Positions 63,719-64,000 of a stretch of DNA of 64,000 bases are shown here, one piece after another. The position numbers and the translations under genes are program-made. Numbering within the stretch: the first letter of the stretch is position 1; the number at the start of each line of letters is the position of its first letter. The notes beneath the pieces were generated by a model, which saw nothing but the letters and a program-made list of their open reading frames with translations, did not search any database and was not told the origin of the DNA. This stretch comes from Bryobacterales bacterium (GTDB taxonomy: Bacteria > Acidobacteriota > Terriglobia > Bryobacterales > UBA6623), in assembly GCA_965261065.1 (NCBI GenBank), contig OZ253444.1, positions 7,414,902 to 7,478,901 of the forward strand, written 5' to 3'.

Positions 63719-64000
63719 CTACTCCTTCAGGCCGCGAGCTAGGCTTCGAGTCAACGCACGTAGTGCCAAAAACAGGGCGGCCACCACCGGCACCGCCGCC
63801 AGCGCCCACAGCAGGACGGCCCGCCAGATAGCCCCCCATAGGGTACCGACGGCCTCCCTGAAACCCAATTCATCAAACCGGTGCAGCACTTCCGCCAGCG
63901 AGCATACGGGCATTTCGTAGCTGAACAACGCAGCCCCATGCGAAAGAAGGGGAACAGCAGGAGGAGTTGGAGAGGCCAGACCGCGTAGTTGGCCACTTGC
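63719..64000 (-). CDS. Hypothetical membrane protein, 5'-partial at the window edge, with an apparent frameshift near 63925
   Basis: Two adjacent frames both give membrane-like sequence (…ANYAVWPLQLLLLFPFFRMG… then …LFSYEMPV.SLAEVLHRFDELGFREAVGTLWGAIWRAVLLWALAAVPVVAALFLAL…). Could be DUF2062-like. Too short to be sure. Confidence 0.3.
   Translation of the reverse strand, partial: ASGQLRGLASPTPPAVPLLSHGAALFSYEMPVCSLAEVLHRFDELGFREAVGTLWGAIWRAVLLWALAAVPVVAALFLALRALTRSLARGLKE

Noticed and set aside
1-64000. CRISPR arrays, rRNA genes, prophage structural genes, toxin-antitoxin or restriction-type defence cassettes
   Set aside because: I looked for regularly spaced direct repeats and for hallmark proteins on both strands. 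The only tandem repeats are the 16-mer x2 at 26016 and the homopolymers. No cas, capsid/terminase or methylase/nuclease signatures were seen.

Overview
All calls were made by eye from the sequence and the ORF track, so hand-derived element boundaries may be off by a few nt. This is a visibly GC-rich bacterial chromosomal segment. It is most likely from an Acidobacteriota (Solibacter/Bryobacter-like) genome. That guess rests on an SBBP-repeat protein with TIGR03437-type C-terminal modules, the DUF1549/DUF1553+DUF1501 and DUF1552+DUF1592 gene pairs, and many Tat-signal proteins. The window carries a heavy load of mobile DNA: four near-identical 1031-bp IS1595-family copies (the three complete ones each with its own 8-bp target duplication), an ISAzo13-family IS, an IS110-family IS, two different IS630-family IS, an IS1380-type remnant, a group II (IIC-like) intron and a MITE-like element. 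Several host genes are visibly inactivated: an SBBP surface protein, a GMC oxidoreductase, an actin-like ATPase, a Ser/Thr kinase-TolB fusion and the intron maturase. The most interesting region is a ~10.7-kb locus (34.25-45.0 kb). It combines a phasin-like protein, XpaC-like protein, TelA, DUF4178, two unknown proteins, a four-repeat DUF350 membrane protein, a K+ channel, a Tat-exported amine-oxidase-like flavoenzyme and a membrane-anchored spermidine-synthase-like enzyme. I read it as a PspA-less envelope-stress/polyamine system whose composition I do not recognise as characterised. Other notable signals are a C17 homopolymer that splits the kinase-TolB gene, a conserved ~165-nt 5' module present in three copies, a long intergenic hairpin, and a tRNA-Leu-like remnant next to a serine recombinase. 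No CRISPR array or rRNA was seen.
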